Positions 35,571-49,134 are shown, counted from the whole stretch's first letter. The stretch: DNA of 63,943 nucleotides, filler included, from Folioceros fuciformis (GCA_049999805.1; 13 parts of 13 records of this genome joined end to end with filler, not necessarily neighbours in it); one strand, 5' to 3'. The notes: a model not told the origin generated them from the letters alone. Numbers and translations: made by a program.

Positions 35571-36661
35571 ACAATCGATTTGCAGAGCTACGTGGTCAAA
35601 TTTGAGCCATCATGTTGCACAAAGAATGGGAAAGATCCATTGGCCTATCCCTACGTGTTCCTCCTCAGACTCCAGCTTCAGAGCGTAGCACCTTAGGTTG
35701 GAGAAGAAGATAATCACGTGGATGCAGTGCCCATTTGCCATTTGCAAGTACAGCCGGAACACGGCATGCAGCTGTGCGTCATGCTGGAGAGTTGACAAGC
35801 ACGATCAGGCACTATGGTGCATCATCGGTAAGGCAGGGCAATGTAGCATTGGCTGTGGAGTACTATGCTCAAGCTGCTGCGGCCATGGGTTGTGGATCTC
35901 GTGGATGGAGTGGACAAGGCAGTGTAGAGCAGCAGAGACAGATGCAAATGATGCCCAAGCCTTTCTAATAGAACTCCTGCTTCGCGAGGGTGGAATTGCC
36001 CCTTCAACTTGGTCCATCAAGCACAGGTTCTGAAGGAGCTCTTCGAAGGTTTCTGCCAACGCAACAAGGCCAACAGAGAGTCTGCCGCTTGATGCAGCTC
36101 GCCAATGTCAAGAGTCCGGCCAGTATGACAAAATACCTTGTTCGGGATTGGTGTAAGACAACTTTCCACGAGGACCTTTCTCGTTTTTCTGCCTTCCATT
36201 TTTCTGCGTGCCTGGTTTCTGAGGACGTTTCCGAGTGTAAGAGAGAAGTGTTCCGCCTCGTCTGGAACTGGCAATGGAACTCCTGAAACGCGTCGGCGCA
36301 TTTGCGATGGCTCTGGATACTGTCAATCCCCGTCTTTCCGAGGCACTTGCCGCACTGGCCAATGCTCGGGCAGTTGGTGAACCAAGAAGAGTCTCTTTAG
36401 TCCTTGCAGGCCGTGACATCCTAGACACTCACAAAAAGAACGTTGGCGCCGGCAGGTCGGTGAACAACTGTTCATGCGTGCTAGTAAGGGTGTTCAGATG
36501 CAGAGTCGTTCAGAGTCGTTGATGCAGCTCACAGGAAAGAGCACATGTTTGAACAGCAGACAGCCTGCCGTGAATTGGGATGAATACTCGACGTGCGCAA
36601 GTATGCCAAAAGTGGTCGGTACAGCGACTCGATTAAGGGGCTCTCAAGGGTTTCGTTTCCT
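35571..36661 (+). pseudogene. Nucleoporin NUP93/NIC96 C-terminal fragment with frameshifts and stops
   Basis: DLQSYVVKFEPSCCTKNGKDPLAYPY, AVEYYAQAAAAMG…WSGQGSVEQQRQ, ELLLREGGI, KRVGAFAMALDTVN, LAGRDILDT, EQQTACRELG*ILDVRKYAK, spread over several frames. Confidence 0.88.
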
Positions 36662-37026
36662 TGAACCCAGACAGCAACTAGATATAGCACGAAAGAGACA
36701 GAAGGAAGCGTGAGATCACTACAGTCCAAGGCACACCACGTGACAGCTACTGCCGTTTCTGTAGGCTTGAAATTTCTGTTAATAGGTGACTTGAGATCTT
36801 GTGATCAGGCATTCCAGCTTGCGCTGTCCGTGAATTAGTTCATCGGGACTTACAACCGAGAGACTGATCAGTTGGAAGGTTAGTAGGAAGGGGTATTTCA
36901 CAGACTAATTGCAAAGGATGAAGCTTGATTCAGCAATGTTCCACCCTTCGCCTAATTGAAGAAACAGTGGAACAAGGCTGAATCAATCTCGTATCACCGC
37001 TGCGTTCTCAAACTTTGCTAGTTGCT

Positions 37027-38778
37027 TCAGGTTTTAGCTTTAGGAGAGATGACCGGTAGACCTCCCATGAAAGGCCTCAACACCTCGGGTATTGTCACAG
37101 AGCCGTCCTCCTGTTGGAAGTTCTCAAAAATGGCTACCATCATCCTTGGGATAGCGCAGGCAGTGGCATTCAGAGTGTGAACAAATTGAGGAGATGGCAG
37201 TTTAGCTTTTGCTGGCGGTTTAGGAGCTGCGGATGACTCGGGTCTGAACCGGATGTTCAACCGTCGGCTCTGATAGTCGGTGCAGTTAGATGCACTGGAG
37301 ATCTCACCATACCGACCAAGCCCAGGCATCCAAGCCTCCACGTCAAATTTTCTGTGGGCAGGAGCGCCTAGGTCCTCAGTAGACATGTCCAAAATCTTGA
37401 AATGCAGGCCCAGAGAGGTGAAGAGTTCTTCTTCGATGGTAATGAGCTCCTCATGAAGAGCATTGCTCTCATCTGGTCTGCAAAGTGCAAACATTTCCAC
37501 CTTGCTGAACTGGTGCACTCTGTAGAGACCCCTAGTGGCAGCACCAGCAGCTCCTGCCTCTGTTCGGAAGCAGTGAGAAAAGGCAACCAGCTTCAAAGGC
37601 AGCGCAGACTCGGGCAGTATCTTGTCCATGTAGAGCCCGCCAAGAGGAACCTCTGCCGTCCCTGTAAGACAAAGATCCATGCCCTCCACAGAGTAAACCT
37701 GAGTGTTAGCACCTCGAGGCTGAAACCCGCATTTTTCAAGCACGCTAGATCTGACGAGGTCAGGTGTTGTCAGGAGCATAAAACCCTTGGCCTGAAGCTG
37801 CGACAGTGTCCAGTTGATGAGTGCCATCTCCAATAACACGGCCTCGTTCTTTAGATAGTAGAATTTGTTGCCACTCACCACCGAGGCAGCTTCAAAGTCG
37901 AACAGATCGAGAGCCAACCCCAAATCCACATGGTCCCGGACTGCAAAGTTGAACTCTCTTGGCGTCCCGACCACCTTCCTCTCAACAGCTACATCCTCCG
38001 ATCCCACAGGCACACTCGGATGCGTCATGTTCGGAATCCGCTGCCCCTCCCGCTGCAAACTATCTTCCAGCACCGCAAGCTCAGATTCCAGGCCGGCCAG
38101 CTGATCCTTCAGCTGCTTCCCTTGCTCAATCAGCTCCTCCCTCTTGGAGGCATCAAGCTTGCCCTTCATCATCTTCGCAACAGCATTCCTCTCCGCCCGC
38201 AGCCTGTCCGCCTCCAGGTTCAAGCTGCAAAACTGCTCGTAAAGCTGCACCACAAGCTCCACGTTCCCCCCGGACTTCCTGTTCCTTATATTCTCCGCAA
38301 TCTCGTCCTGCTTCTCCCGCATCCACCTGAAATCAATGCTGGCACGCCACGAGGGCCTTCCCACACTCCCTGCCTCCTCTTCCGACCCCGAGATCGCTGA
38401 GGAATCTGATTGCTCTGCCACCTGAACATCCTCCTTGTCAGACACCACAGGAAGCAGCTCCGAAGATGCACTGGCACTCCGTATCGCAGCCGAGAAGGAG
38501 CTCTCTGTCAGTATCCCCGAACTGCCTGTCAAATTCCTCTCCCCGTCTATCCTGCTACCGGCACACAAAAGCCCCATCCTGCCATGTCTCGAAAGACAAA
38601 ATCCTGTGCAGAAGCTGTAGGTGAGAGAAGAGGAGGAATTGGCCAGGGCAGATGACGGCAAAGCAGCACACGTCGACAGCACAATGCGGGACCGCAATAC
38701 AGAGGGCTGGATGGCTGATTGCAGAGCTACGGCCATGGCTGTGGATGCGCCTGGGTGCACTCTCGCCAGCGCCTTCAT
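37027..38778 (-). CDS. Seryl-tRNA synthetase, organellar (bacterial-type, OVA7-like), intronless
   Basis: Transit-like N-terminus, coiled-coil arm, [17 protein letters not shown], motif 2 [47 protein letters not shown], motif 3 [12 protein letters not shown]. First ATG at 38778. Confidence 0.97.
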   Translation of the reverse strand: MKALARVHPGASTAMAVALQSAIQPSVLRSRIVLSTCAALPSSALANSSSSLTYSFCTGFCLSRHGRMGLLCAGSRIDGERNLTGSSGILTESSFSAAIRSASASSELLPVVSDKEDVQVAEQSDSSAISGSEEEAGSVGRPSWRASIDFRWMREKQDEIAENIRNRKSGGNVELVVQLYEQFCSLNLEADRLRAERNAVAKMMKGKLDASKREELIEQGKQLKDQLAGLESELAVLEDSLQREGQRIPNMTHPSVPVGSEDVAVERKVVGTPREFNFAVRDHVDLGLALDLFDFEAASVVSGNKFYYLKNEAVLLEMALINWTLSQLQAKGFMLLTTPDLVRSSVLEKCGFQPRGANTQVYSVEGMDLCLTGTAEVPLGGLYMDKILPESALPLKLVAFSHCFRTEAGAAGAATRGLYRVHQFSKVEMFALCRPDESNALHEELITIEEELFTSLGLHFKILDMSTEDLGAPAHRKFDVEAWMPGLGRYGEISSASNCTDYQSRRLNIRFRPESSAAPKPPAKAKLPSPQFVHTLNATACAIPRMMVAIFENFQQEDGSVTIPEVLRPFMGGLPVISPKAKT

Positions 38779-39520
38779 TGCTGCAGATGCTGGAACCTCG
38801 CCTACCCTCCGTCCCACGATCACGCATTCCAGATGCAGAATCTACACATGACCGCATTAGCCGCACATGTCACTAGGCTACTGTATTTTCTTTCAAAAGC
38901 TTCTCGTATTAACCACTGTTCGACCTAATCTTTACTCAGGGCTTCCGATATTCCCTGACGACTGTGAGCGATGCATCGCTAGGGCGACAGTGGTTCTCCA
39001 TCTGTGGGGGATTTGTTAGCGTTCGTCGCCCGCAGCCTCCTCGAAGTATGTATATGTCAACAGGATAAGCTTGACGGCCGTAAAGTTTTCTTCTGTATGC
39101 TGCGCGATGCTTTCTGTTGCACTTTCGCGAACACCTAAAATTTTCTGGCTGTTGCAGAGAGCTGGTCACATCTTGCTGTGGTCCTCATCATCGAGGCGTG
39201 AAGGAATTCAAGAATTGCATAGCTGTGATCCCATGCTGCTTAACTCTTAGGTGACGATTTCATTGTATGGTCTTTTGACAGCTTACTCTGATGGTCTACA
39301 AAGGAAGTATCAGTCCTATTACAATCTGTGATGTTGAGTCTGGTACACGTGTTCTCCAGATTCCTGAGTGTTTTAGGCGTCTTAAAAGTGACTGTCGTTC
39401 TCATGGTTTTCCAGGTTGGGTTGACAGTAAGATGCACGATTCGAAGACATACCGTTTTTCTGACGTTAGTTATAGTTTTCGTGGATTCAGGAGGAGTGTA
39501 GTTCACAAGCATCAGCTGCC

Positions 39521-40039
39521 ATGGCAAACAAGGGCGCCAAGAAGAGGAAGGAGGAAAATGAAAAGCACCTTCAAATCCTCCGTTATGTCATCCTCGGATG
39601 TAACCTGGTCTACCTCATCGTGAGGTTGGGCATTTTCTATTCCAGCTTCAGGTGGAAGCACTGGGTTGGGCTGGCGTTTACCTCTGGATTGTACTACTTC
39701 ACCTACAATCAACTGTCAGGCATGGCAAAGCCAGCATTTGGAGAAAATGGAGAGCTTTTAGATGGCGGCTCTGATATGAATCTGGGAGGTCTCACTGGGT
39801 ACCTCCACGATGTTCTGTACATCACCGCTTTAGTGCAGGTGTTGTCCATAGTCTCAGACTATGTGTGGTACATCTACCTTGTCATCCCAGCTTTCGCTCT
39901 GTACAAACTTTGGCAGCTGGTGCTTCATCCCTTCATCTTTCAGGGATCGTCAGAGGCTGGAGAAGAGGATGCCAAGGCAAGAAAGCGGAGAGAGAAGTTG
40001 GAAAAGAAGGCTCAAAGGCCCAAATTTGTTAGAAGATGA
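39521..40039 (+). CDS. TMEM208: TMEM208/SND2 (DUF788) ER membrane protein, 172 aa, intronless
   Basis: MANKGAKKRKEEN, MAKPAFGENGELLDGGSDMN, YLHDVLYIT, IYLVIPAFALYKL, basic tail RKRREKLEKK. Confidence 0.93.
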   Translation: MANKGAKKRKEENEKHLQILRYVILGCNLVYLIVRLGIFYSSFRWKHWVGLAFTSGLYYFTYNQLSGMAKPAFGENGELLDGGSDMNLGGLTGYLHDVLYITALVQVLSIVSDYVWYIYLVIPAFALYKLWQLVLHPFIFQGSSEAGEEDAKARKRREKLEKKAQRPKFVRR

Positions 40040-43000
40040 GTTCGTCATTCACATCAGGGAGAAGTGGAAAAAGAAGGCTTGACATCTCTCTTAAAAGATG
40101 AAGCTCGACGTTTAGAACAGGGATGAGTCATACAGCATGGCCCTTGATGAACACAATTGTCAATGACGATGTGTGGCTCTGTGGTGAGATAAGGGATATC
40201 AACCTGTTTTGAAGGCAGGGAGTGCGGCTTGCGAGGATCAGCCACGGAGGAACTGACGTTCGAGAAATTCCATGTAGACAGGTTTTGGTTAGTTGTCAGG
40301 ACGGGTGGACAGCCTGTTGTCGGCTGGCTGTTACCTCTTGTGTAGTTCATGGCTTTTGTTGTACACCGGGAGGGACGTTTCCCAAGGCTTAGGCGCATCA
40401 TCTACAGAGTTTTTGAATGCACTTAGTAGGCAGTTTTCGGGAACGTTGTCACGTAACCAAGGAGAGGATAGGAGAAACGCCATGTGAGCGAACTATTCTT
40501 CCCATGTTATATCCCATCTGCTCAGCGGACATTAAAGCGTTTGCTGGCTGCTTGCTATGTGTCATTAATGTCCCGGGTACTGGATGGTAATTGGTCGATG
40601 CAATGTCGCAGTCAATGCTGTTAGATGTAATCGTTCGAGGTCTAGGCCATGTGCTGTAGCCATTCATCTGTGGCGCTGACAGTGAGTGCAAGAGGGTTGA
40701 GTCCGGCCCCGGTAACCAGAACCAATTTCGTGAGAGCGACACATGAACAAACTGATTGGAGGCCTGAACAGGCCTTGTGTGTTGAACCTACAACCTGACA
40801 GGTGAAGCCGAGATACTTGAATGCGGCTGGCAGAGCGTCCACTCGATATACACACACATTTAGGTGTGAAGTGGCAGGGTGCAGGGCAGCGGCGGTACAT
40901 CATTCAAGGGGTTGCCATGTCGTCCCGTGGCTGCAGCAGCTGGCTTGGCTGTAAAGGTGTGGCAGCCCAGTTTGTGTAGTACATGATCCATGGAAGTGAG
41001 AGGCGATTCGTACTTACCGAATGTCCAGGCATATATTTCTTGCAGGGCTAGCAGACGGTGGTGGTTGTCTGCAGCAGGGAGCCCCTCGAAGCCCCACCCC
41101 TGGGTGACCTCAAGGTTGCCCTTTTGAGTTGAGTGTAAATGACTGCCGCTCAAGGAGAAACGTGAAGGACGGGCCAAGCTTGCACCTGTTCCGTGCATTG
41201 CTTTTCATGCAATATGTTTGTGTGCTCTCCAGTCGGAAGATGCCATGGGGGAAGAAATCCAGGTACATGGATACATAGATAATCCAGGCCAGCCGGGGAT
41301 CGTCCCGCACTGGGACTCAGGTCTTGTGTATGGTCCTCAGTGGCTACAGTAGATACAAAACCGGTGCAGTGTATATATGGGGCATCAAGGACAAAAAGGT
41401 ACCAGTGGCCGGCCCCGCGTCTTCGGTCCTGCCACCTACCCCCCTAGTTCGCTTCACTGTGGTCGCCATGTCGGAACTACTGTACTGTGTGAAGACTGCT
41501 TTGCTTAGGACCTGGAGGAGACCTGATGGGATACATGATAGACATAACAAGAAACAGATGGGGGGTGTATGACGTGTTTGCAGGGATGGGAGAGGCCAGC
41601 AACATCTCGTCCGCCTCGCCGGCTTGGCACTTCGGATGGGTGAAGATGGCAGCTGTGCTGCGTCACAGTCGCAGACCCATGCACAGTAGGTCAGTACCCA
41701 GTACATACGAAGGGACGGTGAGGGAAAGAGCGAGAGAAGCAACGGGTGCAGTGCAGTGCAGTGGCGGTGGCTGAAATACCGCAGCCCCTGCCGCTGCCCT
41801 GTCAGTGGCATGTGAATGCCTCGGTGACGTCAAAGACGCCAGGTGCGTGAAGGAAGAGAGATTGTGTGAGCAATGAGGAGAGGAGAGATTGTGTGCTTCA
41901 GGAAGCGAGGGTAGCGTTGAGAAGGGGAGGGGAGATTTGATTTGTGTCGAGGAAGGGAGATTTGCGTGAAGGAAGACAAGATTCGTGTGGGAAAGATGAG
42001 GAGAGGAGATCTGTGTGGGAAACTTGAGAACTCGGAACTCGCAAACGAGCACAGTAGTAGATCCCACAGAAGGTGGCAAGTGCAGTGCAAGTGGGCTGGG
42101 ATGACCTAGCGCTGTTGTGGCAGGACCGCATAAGACAGCCCAGCCAGGCCAGCGAGTAGGCATGCCAAGGCCCCGCAGTCACCTCCTGTGGGCTACTCTG
42201 GTCAACCAGTGTCGGTGCGGTCACCTCTAGGGCTTACATGTCTCCACGTCGGGAGCGTGACAACTGGCATTCAAGACGGTAACTTTCTAGGCTTTAGGGT
42301 AGGTACACGTGGGAGGTGTCAGATGCTGCTGTGATGCCCGCAATCATGCATGATGCTTTGGCCCCGCTGCTTCTATCTAATGTCTGCATAACTTGTACTT
42401 CTCAGCTGGGTATGGAGCTCGTACAACAGCAGCAACAAGGAAGGGGAGGAACACCGAGATGTCTATTTTAGTCCACTTGGACGGGATGCTCCATCTCCTG
42501 GCCTTGCCTGCCTTGGCTTGCAGAAGAAAAAGTCTGCAAGCCCTAGAGACGCACATGGACGGAACTTTCCTGCTCTGGGCCTTGTGCAACAACAAAAGTC
42601 AATAATATTATACTGTCGGCACAAGGGAAGGGTGAGTTGTAGGAGATGGAGGCTGTGTGATGGTCTATCTGGACGGAATGTTCCTGTCATGTCACGGAGG
42701 GCTGCTTCTCCATGGCCTGCCTCCACTCCTTCCAAGTCCTTCCTTCCAACCTTTCAAAGTATGAACATAAGAGCGGAGATGGCACAAAGTGCATCCATCC
42801 CTAACCAGAACCTCAGCCTCAGTCTCAAGCTTCCTCCAGGTACAAATGCAAACCCCGAACTTGGATTCACCAGCATCCTGATTCCAGCTTTGCATGGCAT
42901 GTTGCTTTGTCATTGTCCGGGCGCTGGCAACGGCCATGCCCCTGGCGTGGGATCTGACGCCCTAGGTCACCTGAACCCCCATCGTGACAACGTGCCCCTG

Positions 43001-45908
43001 TCCCTGGCCTTCCTCGCTCCCGGCTCCTGGCCCCCGGCCCCTTTTTTGGTACCACCGGATTCTGCCTTTGCCGATCCTGTTCCAGACTGTATGCAGTGTA
43101 ACTCTGTGCTCCTGTTGCTTTTCAGCGTGGCGCGGAGTAGCAGCAGCAAGGCGAGGCCCGTGTTCCGTATCCTGTGCACAGGACAGGCGGCAGAAAAGGC
43201 GAAACGGACGTCCGCCCGTTGCGCTTTCCAACGGACCGGAGCACCCTGTGCTGACAGCCCGGCAACGGGCGATGCCTTCCGAGCTCCTCCACCGTCCGCT
43301 GCCCTGCTCCGGCTCCACCTCTGGAGCTCCACCTTCTCCAGCCAGCCTCCAGGTGTGCTTCACACCCGCGCTCCTTTGGAACCACATACATACATACATA
43401 CATATCTAAATTATTGTACATATATACATGTCCATAAAAACGTGTTAACTCTGGCATTTATGTAGGATCAACATCGGGCCCAATGATTGTGTAGGTCAGG
43501 CGGGGTCCTCGAGGAGGAGCCTGCAGGAGTACTATACGCTTCTCCTAACGAAAGCCTCTCACCAATCGTTATCGTAATTCTCGATGCTCATCTCCAGGTT
43601 TGCATGATTTTGATTTGGAAGGTTGGACACAAATTTCGATTATGTGATTGGAAATTGGAAGCGTGTGGATTTGCTCTGCTGGGCTGGGCTGGGCTGGGCT
43701 GGGATGGGATGGGCTGGCCTGGTCTAGCCTGGTCTGGCCCAGCAGTATTCCATTGGGCTGACCTGGTAACGGGTCAGTGCCGTGCAGATAAGAGGAAGGA
43801 GGTCGGGAAGGGGTCTAACAAGAAACGAGCCAAGATGGGGGGCTGGTGGGCGGTGACTGTGCATGGTCTTGCCCCAAGGCCTGGGGCGTTACAGCCGGTT
43901 GCAAGCCGGTCGCAGGGGAAGTGAAGAGGTTTCAGAGGCAGTTGCTGGTGGTTGATCCTTGGGCTGGCTGGCTTGCTTGCTTGCTTGGCTGGGACCAGGG
44001 CAGTGGGGAGAGGGAAGGGGCCCCAAGATCCATGGGATAGCTGCCCTTGCTGACACAGGAAGGGGGGAAGTTGCAGAGGCCCAACCCGGGCCGTCCATCT
44101 CTCTACTCACGGCCAGTGCAAGAATTGACGGTGGGCACGGCCATGGGCATGGGCATGGGGGGAGAGGAGAGCAAAGAGAGAAGACCCGGCGGAAGGAGAA
44201 GCCGAGGAAGAGGAAGGGGAAGGGGAAGTAGGAGAATGAGCATGAGCATGGGCATGGGCATGGGCATGGGCAGCACCAAATCCTGCCTGGCAGAGGAAGG
44301 TGAAGGGAAGAGGCTAGTAGTGCAGGGGAGGGAGACGGGAGAGTGCAGGCAAAGGAGGGTCTTAGCGGCCTTCGGCAGCCTGCCCGGACCCGCCAGCAGA
44401 GGCAACCAGCCTTGTTCCTTGTCATGAGGTGCGATCTGCTCATGCTGCATCTCGCATCTGCTCCACTGCCACCTCGGCTTCTTCTTCCTCCTCCTCCCGC
44501 TTCTTGCCTGCCTGCCTGCTGCTTCTTGACCCTCCTCGTCACCCAGGGCCCGGGCCTGGACCTGAGTCTGGGCCTGGGCCTGCCACCCTTATAACCCGGA
44601 GCCTTCCTCCCTCGCTCGCAGTGCGCACCGCGCAGTTACCAGAATACTTCTCTCTCTTCTCCGGTCTCTGGAGCCCGCGTCACTCAGATCTGCGCCGGAG
44701 TCCCGCCTCTGCCGGCACCAGCTGCACACTACTGTTGTCTCCCCGCCTGGCCCAGCCCAGCCCGGTCCNNNNNNNNNNNNNNNNNNNNNNNNNNNNNNNN
44801 NNNNNNNNNNNNTTAATTAATTAANNNNNNNNNNNNNNNNNNNNNNNNNNNNNNNNNNNNNNNNNNNNGAGCGAGGCAGCAGACTCCCAGACGAGTGTCA
44901 GGACGGGGCAGGAGCGCAGAGGTGCCGGGAGGAGATCGGGACCAGGAGAGGGGAGGACACGCCAGGGCTGCCATCTGTTCGCCAATGCTGCTGCTGCGCC
45001 ACCGGCCTGTGCCTCCGCCTGCTTCTCCCCCAAAGCCTGCGTCGGGACTCTGTCTCTGCCCCTCTCTCTCTCTTTTCCGGTTGGGAGACGGTCGCAATTT
45101 GGCTCATGTACCCCTGGGATTGGTCGTGTTGTGTCTACCAGCTCCCAGCGGCCCGGATCAGGATCTTGCCGCATTGCACACCGCCTGAAATTCCGCCTCT
45201 TCTGTTTCCCCCCCGCTGCATTGCCGCAATTTCGAGGACCTGTCGCGCGGATGATGTGCAGGTGGCGTAGATTGGTTGACCGTGGAGACCTCCTCAATTC
45301 GGCGATCACCCGCAGCAGCGCAATGCCGAATCCGTCTCCTCTGCGCAGCTGACATCGGGCCTCTCAAAGCCTCGTTGGTTGGCCACATATGGAGGAGAGA
45401 TGGACCGTTTTGGCCTCGGGGACCAGGCGTCGGTTTCTTCCTTCTCGCTGGACTCATGGCTTAGTCCAGCGATTGAGAAAGAGTAGCAGGACCATGGATG
45501 TGGGCGCAGGGATGCCCTGAGCGGGTCGTTTGCGGCCATTTGCGGGAGTTCACAATGCGGCCTTCGGATTCTGTGTTTCGTCCCGGTACATAGATCCGGA
45601 AGGGAGATTGGGAAGCCGCAGCGAGGCGGATCCCAGGTTGAGCGATCCTCCTTGTGACAAGCCAGGCGTGCCTCTAGGGCAGCGGGCAAGGAAAGTCCTC
45701 CTTGCTTGTTTTTTTTTTCTGAGAGTAGATTGTGTCGTCGCGCAGCAGATACTAGTCGTAGAGGAGGTTAGAGGAATGGATTTTCTAGTCGCGATGCACT
45801 GCTGAAGACTTCGGAGCAAAGGAGTAGTGGCCTTCCGCAGAAGGAAAGGAAGGAGTTAAGAAGGCAAGAAAATTCGGACTGCGCTTGAAGACGTTGACGC
45901 TGGGATCG

Positions 45909-48900
45909 ATGGTGGCCATGACTCTTGTGGAAAGGCCCCTCCGCCGGGTCAGTTCCATGCGCGGGGCTATAAGCGATCTCCAGGTGCACCTAGATGTAAA
46001 GAACTCGGTGAATTTGTCTGCCATTCTGAGACAGGACAGCAAGTTCGAGAAGCTAGAGAGACTGTCCGTTCCTGGAGCAGTTGCGTCGCCAGCAGTGGGG
46101 TTAAACAGGAATGAATCCCCGGATGTGGGAGGAGTAGATGCTGGCGCCTCTGGGATGGGGGTACAGAGAAGACTGCATTCGTCAGATCAGGCAGTACGCA
46201 GGTCCCGAGTTTTGGCCACTTGCTGCATCAGTGGTTTGGTCTTTATACTGCTTCTTCTGCAAATTGCGACAGGGGGCTTCGGTGTTCTCATCAATCCTCT
46301 CAAGGTGTGTTCTTGCTGTAATTGTTGTGTGTGTGTGCGTGTGTCGCTCCTCTTTTGCTTGGCTTCTCTTGGAGGCTTTTTCTTCTTGTGTCTGCTCCGA
46401 ACGAACTCCCGGTAGCTCTTCCTCCGACAATATATCAGTTTTAGGAATATAGTTGAATCAACTCTATCTGCATTTGCTGAAGCAAATCGGTCTGAATTCC
46501 CTCTCTTACCTCCAACCTGACCTGGTCCGCAGACTCCTGCCCCTCTGCTGCATAGTGAAAGCGCCCCTGGTCTGTTGAAGCAACCCAGTCCAAGAGTCGC
46601 ATGATTTCAGCTCAGTTTAGCAACATAGCAATTGAGATAGTCATGTATGCCTTTGACTAAAAGCTAATTGACTTCACACGAACACACTCTGATGGACATT
46701 GCAGGTGCAAACGTTGGGACAAATGAAATCAGTTGTCTCGGATATGCAAATAAATGCTTTGAGAGAAGATTCCTTGACAGACTCAGGTGTTTTAGGAGAG
46801 TATTGGAAGGCTCTTCCCACGCCCCTCAAACAAATAGCCAACAATGAAGTCTCCAGGTCGAGAGTTCCCTCCAGGCCGGGGAATGGTCACAGTGTCCACC
46901 AATTATCTTATCATTCACAGAGTGTGGCCCAATCTAGTCAAACTGGACAGGAGCTTACACAGTATCAGGCTAGTGACTCTGGACCACCCATTCCTGTTCT
47001 TGATGAGCAGGTGCGCAGCGACCGTAAGCAATTGAAAAGCTGGTTAACCCAGCCAGTAGACTTAGCGTCTGAGGAAAGAAGCGATTCTGCTTTTTTAGCA
47101 TCTGATGTGGTCAAAAGGGTGGACAATGGAGGCATTTCAAGCGGGGAAACTGCAGGCGTTGACCACGTATGCTTTCTGGACCTTGGCTATGCTTCTTGCT
47201 TTCTGTCTTTCCTGGAAGGGCTTTCCCAATTGCATGACCTGACCTGATCATCTTCAGCATTCCAACTGGGGGGATCTATATCCTTGGGCAAAACCCCTGA
47301 GCTCCGGTAAATTGAAGCAATGTGTGAAGCCTGCGGACCGTTACCAAAGTAAGGCTTCGTCCATCTTGCACGCACATTTTGGTCTTCTCCTTGGGTCGTG
47401 TGTGATTTTAGTGCCTTTGTTTGTTTCTTAACTCTGCCGCACTCTCGGGCAGGAGCTACGGATGCCACCAATGGATACATTCTGATGTTTGCAAATGGAG
47501 GACTCAATCAAATGCGGACTGGGGTACGAGCACGCACATCTGAGACGAGACTTTGAGGATACCTGGAAGTGATCTTTGTTCAACCTTTTTATCTCATTTT
47601 CTGCAGTAACTGTATGTGCCAGATTTGTGACATGGTGGCTGTGGCACGAGTCTTGAATGCCACTCTGGTTATTCCAGAACTTGATCATACTTCTTACTGG
47701 GCGGACCCAAGGTACGAAATAGGGGCAGAGCTTTTTCCAGACAAGGCACTTCACGCTCCTTGCACATGTCAATGAACAGTCGCCGTCTTGCAGTGACTTT
47801 GGAAAGGTCTTTGACGTGGAGCACTTCATCACCTCTCTCCAGGACGATGTCAAAGTGGTCGTGGCCCTTCCTCCGCATTTGCAGAATCGTACAGTGTTTG
47901 AACTTGCTCCTCGTTCTTGGTCTGAGGTTAGGCCGATCTCCCCTTTCTTTTCACAGCTGCAGCTGCCGCCAACGTACTACTGCTGAACAACTCACAGCTA
48001 ACACTCCTTCCTGCCGTCTTGCCGCAGACAAGTTACTATGAGGAAGAGATCCTGCCGCTGCTAAAGGAGCATCACGTAATTCGGTTTGTGCTTACAGACT
48101 CTCGACTTGCGAACAATCGGATAAACCGCGACATCCAGCGTTTGCGTTGCAGGGCAAACTACCGGGCCCTCACATTCCATCCAGCCATCCGAGATCTAGC
48201 CAACAAGATCATCACGAGACTGAACAGCCAAGGCCCATTCATCGCACTGCACTTGAGGTGAGTGACCCACATTGCGTGAAGCGCTGCTGCCTGGTGTCAG
48301 GGTGCTGATGTACTCTGCGTATGGTGCCGCAGGTACGAGAAAGACATGCTTGCCTTCTCCGGATGCACATTCGGGTTGAGTAGACGGGAGTCCCTAGAGC
48401 TGAAAGGGATTCGGTACAATGTGACCCGGTGGAAGGAGAAAGAGATCGACCCTGTGCAGAGGCGAGCAGAAGGCTCGTGCCCACTCACTCCCCGTGAAAT
48501 TGGGCTCATGCTCAAGGCTATGGGGTACCCGGAGACGACCGTCATCTATGTGGCTGCGGGCCAGATCTACGGCGGTGAGCAGCGGATGAAGTCCTTCACA
48601 TCCTTCTTTCCCAACGTGGTTACCAAAGAGACCTTGGCCTCGCCAGAGGAGCTGAGTCCCTTCAAGGATTATCAGAACCGCATGGCAGCCCTGGACTACA
48701 TGGTGGCTGTGGCCAGCGACGTCTTCGTTCCCACCTATGACGGCAACATGGCTCGAGCTGTGCAAGGGCATCGGAGGTTTCTTGGCCACAAGCGCACTCT
48801 GATGCCTGACAGGTGAGACAAACTTATCCCAACCACAGGTGCTTGCTTTTCCAGTGTCGGAGGCAAGCAGGGACACTAACTCTGAAAGGCCTTTGTCGTC

Positions 48901-49134
48901 TGCAGGGTCGAGCTCGTGAAGCTCTTCGATTCCTATATCAGTGGGCATCTAGATTGGATCACACTGAAGAAGCATGTGCAGAGAACGCACAGGAGTAGGC
49001 AAGGATCTCACCATGAACGGAAGCCGTTGTCTCCATCTAGAGTGAAGCAGGAAGAGAATTTCTATGCTAACCCAACTGAATGCTTGTGCCGGGCTCCCTC
49101 TCCTGCCATGCACCGCAAGCTGAGACAACGATAG
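45909..49134 (+). CDS. O-fucosyltransferase family (GT106/DUF246) type II membrane glycosyltransferase, multi-exon
   Basis: N-terminal TM segment, [112 protein letters not shown]. Confidence 0.93.

Noticed and set aside
37027-38778. Bacterial-type intronless SerRS as contamination or recent HGT
   Set aside because: It has a long transit-peptide-like extension and plant organellar SerRS motifs, and sits next to eukaryotic TMEM208.
42518-43465. 315-aa ORF
   Set aside because: Non-ATG start, low-complexity composition, runs through a (TACA)n microsatellite and has no motifs.
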